From a virus (Duplodnaviria > Caudoviricetes), in the IMG/VR virus record IMGVR_UViG_3300044724_009228, positions 1 to 26,298 of that record: a DNA stretch of 26,298 nucleotides. One strand, written 5' to 3'. Each line of letters begins with the position of its first letter. The stretch's first letter is position 1. The notes below the pieces were generated by a model. That model did no database searches. It saw only the letters and a program-made list of their open reading frames with translations, and had not been told where the DNA came from. This document shows positions 17,963-26,207 of the stretch, in pieces. Position numbers and translations under genes: made by a program.

Positions 17963-18958
17963 GTGGTAATACCTCAGGAATATATCATACATAAATTCTA
18001 TCAATACGCTGGTTACCCGCGTTTAAAAAAAAGTACAGCCGTTTATGAAGGTGGCTGCTGCATGTGTAGAGAAGGTAACAGCTGGGGTAGAAAAAGACGA
18101 CTGTATTTTATAACAAAAGATAATGTGATATGTTGTCACAATTGTGGGTGGTATAGTTCCCCGGGAGATTGGATAAAGCATGTGACAGGCATGTCCTGGT
18201 CGGAGATTTTTAGAGAAACAGAGGAATATGATATCATACCTGGATTAGAAAACTCATTTGAACAAACCATGCGACATGAACCGGATCTCCCACATGACAG
18301 TATTGATTTGTTTGACACACATCAGTTAAGTTACTACAGTGACAACAAACATGTTAAAGCATGTTTAGATATGATCGCATCTAGACGATTGGACACTGCT
18401 GTCAATCGCCCGAAATCACTATACATGTCACTCAATGACAAAACACATAAAAACAGAGTGATAATACCGTTTTACAACGTGAATGGCAAGGCGTCTCACT
18501 ATCAATCCCGTAAGATTAGCAATGACCATACACCCAAATATCTATCTAAAACAAACAGCGAGAAAACGTTGTTTAATGTTGATAAATTAAAGACACCAGA
18601 TCATATTTTTATTTTTGAAGGACCTATAGATAGCTTTTTCGTGAAAGATTCTGTTGCTGTCGCTGGTATACAAGACACATCTCGATTATGCTTCACTGAC
18701 TCGCAACAATCTCAATTGGATGGATTTGTGTTGAGTAAAAAAATATGGGTATTAGACAATGACACAACCGGTAGAGACAAGAGTAAAAAATTGTTAGAAC
18801 GTGACGAATGTGTTTTTATCTGGCCACGACAGCTGAAACAATTCAAAGATATAAATGAATTATGCGTCCGGACAAAACGCGATGAGGTTAAGAGAGAATT
18901 TATCCTAGATCACTCTTATTGTGGAATGAAAGGACTTGTTAGATTAGCAACTAATTAA
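17963..18958 (+). CDS. gp61: DNA primase (T4 gp61-like)
   Basis: Zinc domain C.MC...CHNC, RVIIPF, YQSR, PKY, TOPRIM EGPID, LDND, KDINE. Confidence 0.93.
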   Translation: MVIPQEYIIHKFYQYAGYPRLKKSTAVYEGGCCMCREGNSWGRKRRLYFITKDNVICCHNCGWYSSPGDWIKHVTGMSWSEIFRETEEYDIIPGLENSFEQTMRHEPDLPHDSIDLFDTHQLSYYSDNKHVKACLDMIASRRLDTAVNRPKSLYMSLNDKTHKNRVIIPFYNVNGKASHYQSRKISNDHTPKYLSKTNSEKTLFNVDKLKTPDHIFIFEGPIDSFFVKDSVAVAGIQDTSRLCFTDSQQSQLDGFVLSKKIWVLDNDTTGRDKSKKLLERDECVFIWPRQLKQFKDINELCVRTKRDEVKREFILDHSYCGMKGLVRLATN

Positions 18959-19404
18959 AGATTCTCTTTAGCTGTTTGTTTGCGTCCAGCAGCTGCGATG
19001 TACTGATTCAAAGATTGCTGCAGAGCGGATAATTCTTGTGCAATTCTCGAAATTTTCATATGTTCTCCGCGGTACACATCAGCCATGATACTATCACAAT
19101 CGGATCGACTCAGTTCTGAACTCATGCTCCCACTGCCTTCAGCCGGATCATTGAGTGTTTGTACCCAGTTTCCTATGTTTTCAACCCAACCGGTCAATTT
19201 ACCTATTGTTGCATTCGCTTGCTGTTGCTTCAGACCATCGATGTTGACCGGATTGTCAGGTACATCATCAAATTCATTCGGACTGGTATCCTTATCGAGC
19301 CCGTCATTAAATGCAGCTTCATCATCCAATCCACCGTCTATTGGTTCGGGTAAATCTTCCGGAGCTTCTAATATTTTAAGAAATTTTTTCTGAAATGTAC
19401 TCAT
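18955..19404 (-). CDS. Acidic late protein (candidate internal head protein)
   Basis: 149 aa with N-terminus FQKKFLKILEAP and TAAATA 9 nt upstream. Confidence 0.75.
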   Translation of the reverse strand: MSTFQKKFLKILEAPEDLPEPIDGGLDDEAAFNDGLDKDTSPNEFDDVPDNPVNIDGLKQQQANATIGKLTGWVENIGNWVQTLNDPAEGSGSMSSELSRSDCDSIMADVYRGEHMKISRIAQELSALQQSLNQYIAAAGRKQTAKENL

Positions 19405-19413
19405 AGATGTAAT

Positions 19414-19419
19414 TATTTA
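19414..19419 (-). promoter_or_regulatory. Late promoter core TAAATA
   Basis: Minus strand reads CTAAATA-9 nt-ATG. Confidence 0.55.
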
Positions 19420-19430
19420 GTTTCTAGCAA

Positions 19431-19440
19431 TAAATATTTA
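19431..19440. promoter_or_regulatory. Palindromic bidirectional late promoter TAAATATTTA
   Basis: TAAATA on both strands between divergent genes. Confidence 0.55.
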
Positions 19441-19446
19441 CACACA

Positions 19447-19890
19447 ATGCAACAGAAAAACAAATTTAATACAGCGTATCAAGAGATATTACAAGAAAGC
19501 CCTACACTTGGTGGTGGTCAATTTTCAAATCTACGCAACGCTGAAAATGGTGGTGGAATGAATGTCGGTGGCATGGGAGGTGAAAAGCAAAAACATGTGT
19601 CATTGCTCGATATTCTTAGTCAGGTTGAGCAACAGAGAAGAAAGCAGCGACCGGATTCTCCTATCATAACGTACCCTTTGCAAAACAAAATACCGGACGA
19701 TGTATCAGAATTGGTACGCCAAGTGGCTGATATAACTGGTTTGTTTGTACAGGCAAAAGAATCTCCTGTATTCAAAGCAAATGACAAAGGAACCAAAGCA
19801 TGTGAGCAAGCCATAAAAAAACTCAAAAAAGTTGGCGCTATATTGATGTCATTACGTGATAATTTCGACGATTTAGTTGTTGATTATTAA
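19447..19890 (+). CDS. Hypothetical late protein
   Basis: 147 aa with N-terminus KFNTAYQEILQES and TAAATA 10 nt upstream. Confidence 0.75.
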   Translation: MQQKNKFNTAYQEILQESPTLGGGQFSNLRNAENGGGMNVGGMGGEKQKHVSLLDILSQVEQQRRKQRPDSPIITYPLQNKIPDDVSELVRQVADITGLFVQAKESPVFKANDKGTKACEQAIKKLKKVGAILMSLRDNFDDLVVDY

Positions 19891-19908
19891 GCTATATTAA
19901 TTTATAAT
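19880..19908 (+). promoter_or_regulatory. sigma70-like promoter
   Basis: TTGATT-17 nt-TATAAT. ATG follows 6 nt later. Confidence 0.65.
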
Positions 19909-19914
19909 ATTAGC

Positions 19915-20349
19915 ATGCTACTGATACTTAGATCATTACTGATCACATGTTCAATTGCCGCGGTTGTAGCAACTGTTTTCTGGTCAACCGGTGGCGATTT
20001 CTCCCGGCCTTTTATACTGACAATAGCCATACAGATAGGTGTGTCGTGGATATACACATCAATATCTAATCGATATTTTAATATAAAACAACAACAAGTA
20101 GACAATGAACGTATAAAAGAATTTACAAAACAAGGTATAGAAGTTGAGTGCGCGTACTGTAAAACACCTAATTTAATACCTGTCCGTTTTGATGATGATA
20201 ATGATTTTACATGCATAAATTGCGACAAAGAAAATGCGACATATATTAACGTGACAATCACACAAAAAACAGCCCCACTTAACATGAGCCCACTGCTAGT
20301 GAATACATTAAATGCAAATGAACAACAAGCCATTGACAGACTCGGTTGA
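19915..20349 (+). CDS. Membrane protein: two N-terminal hydrophobic helices plus a C4 zinc ribbon
   Basis: Hydrophobic segments at about aa 2-23 and 33-50, followed by CAYC-x17-CINC. Confidence 0.75.
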   Translation: MLLILRSLLITCSIAAVVATVFWSTGGDFSRPFILTIAIQIGVSWIYTSISNRYFNIKQQQVDNERIKEFTKQGIEVECAYCKTPNLIPVRFDDDNDFTCINCDKENATYINVTITQKTAPLNMSPLLVNTLNANEQQAIDRLG

Positions 20350-20764
20350 TAGGATACCGGCCAAACAAGTACCAGCCACTAGTGTGACTGCTACACCGAA
20401 ACCATCACCAATAGTTTGTCAAGACGTTATTGACATGATCGACAGCTATTTATCAAAAGATGATATAACATATCATGCAAAGACATATTTTAAAAAAGGT
20501 GTTATGAAGGCCGCTCCAGGTAAAATGAAAGTACACACGGTTATTCAGTCACTGAATAACATCATGCAAGATTTTATTTTTGAAGAGAATGATATGAAAA
20601 TAACTACATGTTCATCAGTCCGTAACTATTTTGAGGGGGTTAGTAAAATATGCCAAGTTTTAGACAACAGCGAAATAAAAGTTGCTGATGATAGATTGTT
20701 ATGTTATATTATTGGTTATATGCTGAAATTATTAAAAAAACATCAAGGAGGCGCTGAAAATTAA
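20318..20764 (+). CDS. Hypothetical protein
   Basis: About 148 aa; the start is uncertain (20312 or 20318). Confidence 0.65.
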   Translation: MNNKPLTDSVDRIPAKQVPATSVTATPKPSPIVCQDVIDMIDSYLSKDDITYHAKTYFKKGVMKAAPGKMKVHTVIQSLNNIMQDFIFEENDMKITTCSSVRNYFEGVSKICQVLDNSEIKVADDRLLCYIIGYMLKLLKKHQGGAEN

Positions 20765-21036
20765 TGACAACACCTATAACTGAAATAGACAAAAAAGGTA
20801 TGTCGAAAACCGTAACGTTACCGATTAAATCAAAAGATAATAATCAAATGACACTTTATGAACTGTCCAGATGGTGTGCACTGGTGGATGCTGTTACTAT
20901 TATTGATAAGAAGATGGCTACTATATCAGGAGAAGTATCAAATTGGGTCAAACCAATCGCGATTCAAAAATACATTGATGATAAATATCAGGATATATTA
21001 CACGAGATGATCGAGAGAGATAAAATGTTGGATTAA
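20764..21036 (+). CDS. Hypothetical protein
   Basis: 90 aa ORF, TAATG-coupled to the upstream gene. Confidence 0.7.
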   Translation: MTTPITEIDKKGMSKTVTLPIKSKDNNQMTLYELSRWCALVDAVTIIDKKMATISGEVSNWVKPIAIQKYIDDKYQDILHEMIERDKMLD

Positions 21037-21806
21037 ACATATCCTCCATAAACATCATCATTACTTTCCGAAAAATCACCGTAGTCAAAAACACTTTTTG
21101 ATAAATTATTAGTACTCTCACCATACGTTTTGTCCGGGCTAGCGGGTTGAGTACCACCTGGGAGTAACCCAGTGGATACATCATCGTACACTTGTTCCAT
21201 CGCACCTTCCGGAAACAAACCAGGTTCGTAGCTATGATCATAACGTTTCGCTTTGATTAACCATATGTAATGACCGATCAGCGGATTTATCTTGCTAATA
21301 TCTTGCTCCACACGATCTGTTATCTCGAATATTTTTCCATCTCTACCACCAACACGATCCAGAGAACCGTATTCGGTCAATTGAAAAACATCCCCCGATT
21401 TTGGTTCTGGGGTTGATATGTCTTCAGATGATAGCTGCCGATAAAAAGTATCAATAGCGATATATCCCGTTATTTCATCATCTCCGACTAGCCCAAATTT
21501 GTTCAACACAATAGCTGATTCATTCAATTCAAACGCTATCACTAGTTTTTTCGGTTCTTGGAATCGTTGAGTAGGCTCTTCACCGTATAACGAATCATGA
21601 CCACTCAAGCTGTAACTGTTGACAAAATAATCAACTTCCGTGCCAAATTGAAACAATTGTTCTTGCCACCAACCATTATAAAGACTACGTTCATTTTCGT
21701 TGATGTCTTTGTGTAGATACCTGACTTGACCAGTTGTATTGCGCGGCAATATACCACCATCACTGTAAGCGTTACCGAAACTAAAAATATTGTTTAAATC
21801 CACCAT
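21033..21806 (-). CDS. gp14: Neck / head-completion protein (T4 gp14-like)
   Basis: FG..VDY......D.LYGEE....F, L.KFGL..DDEIT..I...F, PKSGD, FEIT. The start is placed at 21806 (MVDLN), 10 nt after TAAATA. Confidence 0.8.
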   Translation of the reverse strand: MVDLNNIFSFGNAYSDGGILPRNTTGQVRYLHKDINENERSLYNGWWQEQLFQFGTEVDYFVNSYSLSGHDSLYGEEPTQRFQEPKKLVIAFELNESAIVLNKFGLVGDDEITGYIAIDTFYRQLSSEDISTPEPKSGDVFQLTEYGSLDRVGGRDGKIFEITDRVEQDISKINPLIGHYIWLIKAKRYDHSYEPGLFPEGAMEQVYDDVSTGLLPGGTQPASPDKTYGESTNNLSKSVFDYGDFSESNDDVYGGYV

Positions 21807-21811
21807 TATAC

Positions 21812-21823
21812 ATAAATATTTAT
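21812..21823. promoter_or_regulatory. Palindromic bidirectional late promoter ATAAATATTTAT
   Basis: Perfect 12-bp palindrome containing TAAATA on both strands between divergent genes. Confidence 0.6.
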
Positions 21824-21841
21824 TGATACGCAGCATTTATA

Positions 21842-22321
21842 ATGAACACAAAAGACAACAAACTGATATATGAAGCTTACCAACCGGCGTCCAATAATGA
21901 TGCGGTTGTGGATGCGGTTGTAGAATTTTTAATGAGCACCGGAAAACAATCATTCACACAGCAAGAAATGCAAGACGCTGTGGAATATTGGGTGAGTAGA
22001 TTAATGCCAAATGGTCTGGAAACAACCGATCAATTGACGTATATAATGAACACCGCTGCCAATCAATTACGTAGTAAAGGGTATGAAGCACATGGCGGTA
22101 CATCCGATCATTATGCTAAGATAGAAGCTGGCGCTTTGAATCAAGCAGCTGGAGAGTTGAGAGATTGGGATGTCAATATACCGGGAGCGGCTCAAAGCAA
22201 AACAGGAGTCAATTGGAAAACCGAACAACTGCCTGATACATCAGATTATCCGGGAAGAAAACCTAGACCCAAACGTGAGATTGATCACGAACTTGATAGA
22301 GACCCTAACAACCCACGATAG
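21842..22321 (+). CDS. Hypothetical late protein (candidate internal head protein)
   Basis: 159 aa with N-terminus MNTKDNKLIYEAY. Confidence 0.75.
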   Translation: MNTKDNKLIYEAYQPASNNDAVVDAVVEFLMSTGKQSFTQQEMQDAVEYWVSRLMPNGLETTDQLTYIMNTAANQLRSKGYEAHGGTSDHYAKIEAGALNQAAGELRDWDVNIPGAAQSKTGVNWKTEQLPDTSDYPGRKPRPKREIDHELDRDPNNPR

Positions 22322-22331
22322 AGGCATATCA

Positions 22332-22724
22332 CTATTTAACTATAACGTAGGCTTGTCCGCGTGGCATTACCCGCATGCCGGTCGTACCGAGGTCTTTACC
22401 TGTAGATAGGTATTTCTGTGCCATCTGCTGGACATTGTTTATGTTGCAAGGCTCTTGATCACCCTGCTTGATATATGTGTTAATTATATGGATTAAATCT
22501 TGTGGTGTACACACGTGAGATGTGCCGCCGTTGTTTCTCAGATGCTCGATAGCATTGTTATCTTCACCACTAGCTTTATGAACAACAGGTATGAAGTTTT
22601 GATGCACTCTATCAGCACCTGTTTTTACGTTCCTATGACGGTAATCATGCCCGCCTTTTTTATACAACACAACATCATCAACATCATCGCTCAATAGTTT
22701 TTTAAACCTAGCTTCAAAACTCAT
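22332..22724 (-). CDS. Hypothetical late protein
   Basis: The start is placed at MSFEARFKKLL, 8 nt after a perfect TATAAATA. Confidence 0.7.
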   Translation of the reverse strand: MSFEARFKKLLSDDVDDVVLYKKGGHDYRHRNVKTGADRVHQNFIPVVHKASGEDNNAIEHLRNNGGTSHVCTPQDLIHIINTYIKQGDQEPCNINNVQQMAQKYLSTGKDLGTTGMRVMPRGQAYVIVK

Positions 22725-22732
22725 CGTATATA

Positions 22733-22740
22733 TATTTATA
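22733..22740 (-). promoter_or_regulatory. T4 late promoter TATAAATA
   Basis: Perfect match to the T4 late consensus on the minus strand. Confidence 0.65.
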
Positions 22741-22744
22741 CAAT

Positions 22745-23518
22745 TCAATCGAAATCAACGGTGTATGGTGTGTGGTGTAGAGGTACTTTGTGTTGCCATT
22801 TGCTCCAATCAACTTTTCCTGCGCTTATGTCCCAAGGGCGAAACTTTTCAATCTGTCGTCTCACGGCATTGTTTATAAACACAACATCTACCTGAGACAA
22901 CTGACCATAGTAATAACCAGGGTCACATATATCAAATATCCGGAAACCACGTTTGTGTAGATTGAGTATTCTATTGGCAAACTGCTCCGAGTCCCCCACT
23001 GACATTTCAACAATAACAAAACACGCAGCTGGTACACAATCCACCCCTCCATTGATTATAGCATCTTCATGACCGTCTACATCTATTTTGATAGAAAACC
23101 TATATTGCATATCAGGTGTCATGTTGTTCCAGTAATATTCGTCTAGTGTTGTTGAATCGACAGTCTCGATCCTTTTCACGTGAGCCATGTTTTCATCCGC
23201 TACAAAGTTCAAGTATGTGTGTGTTATCTTGTCAGAACCGTCCTGTGATATGTGATGTAAATACATTTTTCTCGGTTTGTTTGACAAGGGCTCTTGTATG
23301 ACAACATGATCAATTCCTTTACCGGTGTAATAGCTGATCAATTGATCATGATACACACTACATGGTTCGAACAATATGTGTTTTGACTCTGGAAATGTAT
23401 CCGCTAAAAAATCCGTTTGTTTTTGAGCTCCTACATCGATTATGGTTTCAAAACACTCCGGAGCTATTTGTTTTATTATGCTCAAGCTTTGATATAGTGA
23501 TGGCGTCCTCTTTTCCAT
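22745..23518 (-). CDS. FkbM-family SAM-dependent methyltransferase
   Basis: IIDVGA, LFEP, TTLD, IKIDVDGHE, GF..FD, L.Q.D..F. The start is placed at 23518 (MEKRT); TAAATA lies at 23524-23529 on the minus strand. Confidence 0.85.
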   Translation of the reverse strand: MEKRTPSLYQSLSIIKQIAPECFETIIDVGAQKQTDFLADTFPESKHILFEPCSVYHDQLISYYTGKGIDHVVIQEPLSNKPRKMYLHHISQDGSDKITHTYLNFVADENMAHVKRIETVDSTTLDEYYWNNMTPDMQYRFSIKIDVDGHEDAIINGGVDCVPAACFVIVEMSVGDSEQFANRILNLHKRGFRIFDICDPGYYYGQLSQVDVVFINNAVRRQIEKFRPWDISAGKVDWSKWQHKVPLHHTPYTVDFD

Positions 23519-23554
23519 ACTTGTATTTACAAAAAAACAACACACGCTCAACAC

Positions 23555-23586
23555 AAAAAAAAACACGGCCGAATGACCGTGTTTTT
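23555..23586 (-). terminator. Rho-independent terminator
   Basis: Minus strand reads CACGGTC-ATTC-GGCCGTG (7-bp stem with one G.U pair) followed by T9, about 20 nt downstream of the stop at 23607. Confidence 0.8.
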
Positions 23587-23606
23587 AAAAAGAGCTAAGG
23601 TTTAGC

Positions 23607-24470
23607 TCAACCCCACTCGAGGTCGGCTACTTTGTTGCTACCCTTAGGATTGGAAAGATGTTTGTTAGCACCTACATTACAAGCTTTGGGGCTTCCGTCC
23701 CCATCTTGTCCGCTGGCACCACCATCAGCACTCCCGCCTTTAGGCTTCACGGTGCTTTTGACTTCGTGCTTTTTGCTCTGCAGAGTGGCTTTACCGTCTG
23801 TAGCTGCTTTTGGCTTGCCACCATCTTCCATACCAGAAGCTTTAGTTTCTCCAGCTTCCATTAGAGACTCTTCACTATCAAAATCCAATTCATCATCACT
23901 ATCGTCTCCAAGATCATCAAACTCTTCATCGTCACCACCGAGTTGTGACATAAGAGCGTCATGGAGCTTCTCTGCGATGTCTCGAGGAAGGCTCAGCGTT
24001 ATTTCATCACCACCAGCATCATCCTCAATACCCAGGTCATTAAGATCTTCATCCGGGGATTGCTCATCTCCCAGGCCGTTTTCGAGATCCACTTCCTCAA
24101 GGTCCTCGGCTTCCATGATGGTTGCGTAAAGTTTATCGAATATATTAGGTCCTTTGTTACTCATGTTACTATTATTTATGCTCTTTTCATTCAAATTCTC
24201 TGATTTTTTTTCTTCTTTTTGATTTTGTGTGATGTTTTGATTCGAGATACCCTCTTCATCATTATCACCGTTATCAACCGGTGACTGCAAGCCGGACACA
24301 TTGGGTCCGCTATCTGCTGGTGCTAGCCCCGCGGCATCATTGATGTTGGATGTCATTGGACTGACCTCAACATTTTCGTTCAAAGTATTACTATCCCCGG
24401 TCTGTGCTCCCTCATGAAGGATGCCATCGACATAGAGGTTAGCTAGATCGTTAATGTATTTTTTTTTCAT
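23607..24470 (-). CDS. Highly acidic late protein, prohead core/scaffold-like
   Basis: 287 aa, D/E-rich with a basic Gly-rich C-terminus, many L/I-x-E sites, divergent from terminase and followed by a terminator. Confidence 0.75.
   Translation of the reverse strand: MKKKYINDLANLYVDGILHEGAQTGDSNTLNENVEVSPMTSNINDAAGLAPADSGPNVSGLQSPVDNGDNDEEGISNQNITQNQKEEKKSENLNEKSINNSNMSNKGPNIFDKLYATIMEAEDLEEVDLENGLGDEQSPDEDLNDLGIEDDAGGDEITLSLPRDIAEKLHDALMSQLGGDDEEFDDLGDDSDDELDFDSEESLMEAGETKASGMEDGGKPKAATDGKATLQSKKHEVKSTVKPKGGSADGGASGQDGDGSPKACNVGANKHLSNPKGSNKVADLEWG
24173..24178 (-). promoter_or_regulatory. Intragenic late promoter core TAAATA
   Basis: Minus strand reads ATAAATA-ATAGTAAC-ATG; the ATG at 24164 is in frame (Met103). 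Confidence 0.5.
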
Positions 24471-24473
24471 GTG

Positions 24474-24487
24474 TATAAATACTTATA
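24474..24487. promoter_or_regulatory. Overlapping divergent late promoters (TATAAATA on +, TATAAGTA on -)
   Basis: TATAA-ATAC-TTATA between the acidic gene and terminase. Confidence 0.6.
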
Positions 24488-24495
24488 TATTTGAA

Positions 24496-26196
24496 GTGAA
24501 AAAAACAAAACAAACAGGTTATTATCTCGGTAATAAAAATTTACCAACAAAAGATGCGGAATTTGAATGGACACCGCAGATGGTGAAATCCATTAAAAAA
24601 AGCGCAGCCAATCTACTACACTTTGCTGAGGAGTTTTTTACAATTGTGAATCTCGACAAAGGCCGCGACAAAATAAAATTACACAAATGTCAAAAACGCG
24701 TGTTACGAGCCTTACGAGACAATAGATTCAACATTGTGTTAGCCAGCCGGCAGATAGGAAAAACAACCATGATGTGTATATATGCACTGTGGACGGCTTG
24801 TTTCAATGATGATCAGAGAATATTGATCGTGGCCAATAAAGAACAAACCGCGATCAACATATTCAAGCGTGTGCGTATAGCATATGAAGAGTTGCCTAAT
24901 TGGCTCAAGCCCGGTGTGGATGAGTATGGTAAAACCAGCATGTTGTTATCGAACGGTAGTAGTGTAGGCATCAGCACTACCAGTAGTGATGCAGGAAGAG
25001 GGGACAGCTGTAACGTGCTGATCCTGGACGAGCTAGCGTTCATTGATGATCATTTGGTGCAAGATTTTTGGAAATCAGTATACCCTATCATATCCAGTTC
25101 CAAAAAGAGTAAAATTTTTATTGCTAGCACACCTAATGGCACCACAAATCTGTTTTATGATTTATACAGCAAAGCTCTCAAAGGAGCCAACAACTGGAAA
25201 GCGAGCCGGGTTGATTGGCATGAGATACCTGGTCGTGACGAACAATGGAAAGAGGATACAATCAAATCACTTGGTAGCAAGCAAGCATTTGATCAAGAGT
25301 TTGGTAATCAATTCATCGAGCCTGGTGAAACCGCGATCGCGGACGCGGCTATCGAGAAATTTAAAATAACAGTTTGCGAGCCAAAATACGTGTTTGACGA
25401 AGGTGATTATCTTGTGTGGTCGGAACCGTCTCCTGAGAAAATATACTGTGTGGGTGTGGATGTAGCGGAAGGTGTTGGTGAGGCGGCTAGTGTGATCCAA
25501 GTGATGGACATAACCAATTTGACAAACATACAACAGGTGGCTGTTTATAGAAACAGCAACATCATACCACACAAGTTCACATCCAAACTGTTAGAGATAC
25601 TCGGTAACTGGGGCAACCCGGTAGCCGCGGTGGAGCGTAACAATTGTGGTGCCCAAGTGGTTGATTCGTTGCGTAACACGCATGGATATGAAAACCTGGT
25701 GCACTTCGCACCTGGTCAAGACAAGGAAAAGTACAACAGACCTGGAGTGATCGCACACACCAACACAAAATACAAGGGAGTGACCAACATGAGATACTGG
25801 GTGAACGAGCTAGCCGCCGTGTCCATTCGTGACAAACACACAGTTGATGAGCTCAAAACATTTGTCAGGTACCCGAACGGTACATGGGCGGCTCAGAGAG
25901 GAGTGGATTCTAGAGACGATCGTGTGATGGCCATGATATGGTCTCTGATAGTGTTAGAAGCACCCTTGACAGAGAAATATTTCGATGTTGTGACACGTGA
26001 TGATAATGAAAAACCATTACAGCTTCAACAATTCAACTACGGTCCTCGCGAATTTTCCAATCCTCTAACATTATATAATACAGAAAACAACACCGAGCTA
26101 GGCATGCCTCCTCCGATGCTCATGAGCAACACCGGAGGACCAGCACTGCCCGGGGATATGGATGATCTGTTAGCGAATGGGTATGAGCTGTTATAA
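24496..26196 (+). CDS. gp17: Terminase large subunit (T4 gp17-like)
   Basis: YLGNKNL, Walker A ASRQIGKTT, Walker B LILDELAF, STPNG, FDQEF, nuclease GVDVAEG, ERNN, DDRVMA. The start is probably GTG 24496 instead of 24454. Confidence 0.96.
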   Translation: MKKTKQTGYYLGNKNLPTKDAEFEWTPQMVKSIKKSAANLLHFAEEFFTIVNLDKGRDKIKLHKCQKRVLRALRDNRFNIVLASRQIGKTTMMCIYALWTACFNDDQRILIVANKEQTAINIFKRVRIAYEELPNWLKPGVDEYGKTSMLLSNGSSVGISTTSSDAGRGDSCNVLILDELAFIDDHLVQDFWKSVYPIISSSKKSKIFIASTPNGTTNLFYDLYSKALKGANNWKASRVDWHEIPGRDEQWKEDTIKSLGSKQAFDQEFGNQFIEPGETAIADAAIEKFKITVCEPKYVFDEGDYLVWSEPSPEKIYCVGVDVAEGVGEAASVIQVMDITNLTNIQQVAVYRNSNIIPHKFTSKLLEILGNWGNPVAAVERNNCGAQVVDSLRNTHGYENLVHFAPGQDKEKYNRPGVIAHTNTKYKGVTNMRYWVNELAAVSIRDKHTVDELKTFVRYPNGTWAAQRGVDSRDDRVMAMIWSLIVLEAPLTEKYFDVVTRDDNEKPLQLQQFNYGPREFSNPLTLYNTENNTELGMPPPMLMSNTGGPALPGDMDDLLANGYELL

Positions 26197-26199
26197 ATA
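26192..26199 (+). promoter_or_regulatory. T4 late promoter TATAAATA
   Basis: Perfect consensus overlapping the terminase stop codon. ATG follows 8 nt later. Confidence 0.65.
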
Positions 26200-26207
26200 T
26201 AAACGAC

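Noticed and set aside
3283-26196. Inteins, introns or homing endonucleases in polymerase, helicase, primase or terminase
   Set aside because: Protein lengths are normal, motifs are contiguous, and no LAGLIDADG, HNH, GIY-YIG or splice-junction motifs were seen.
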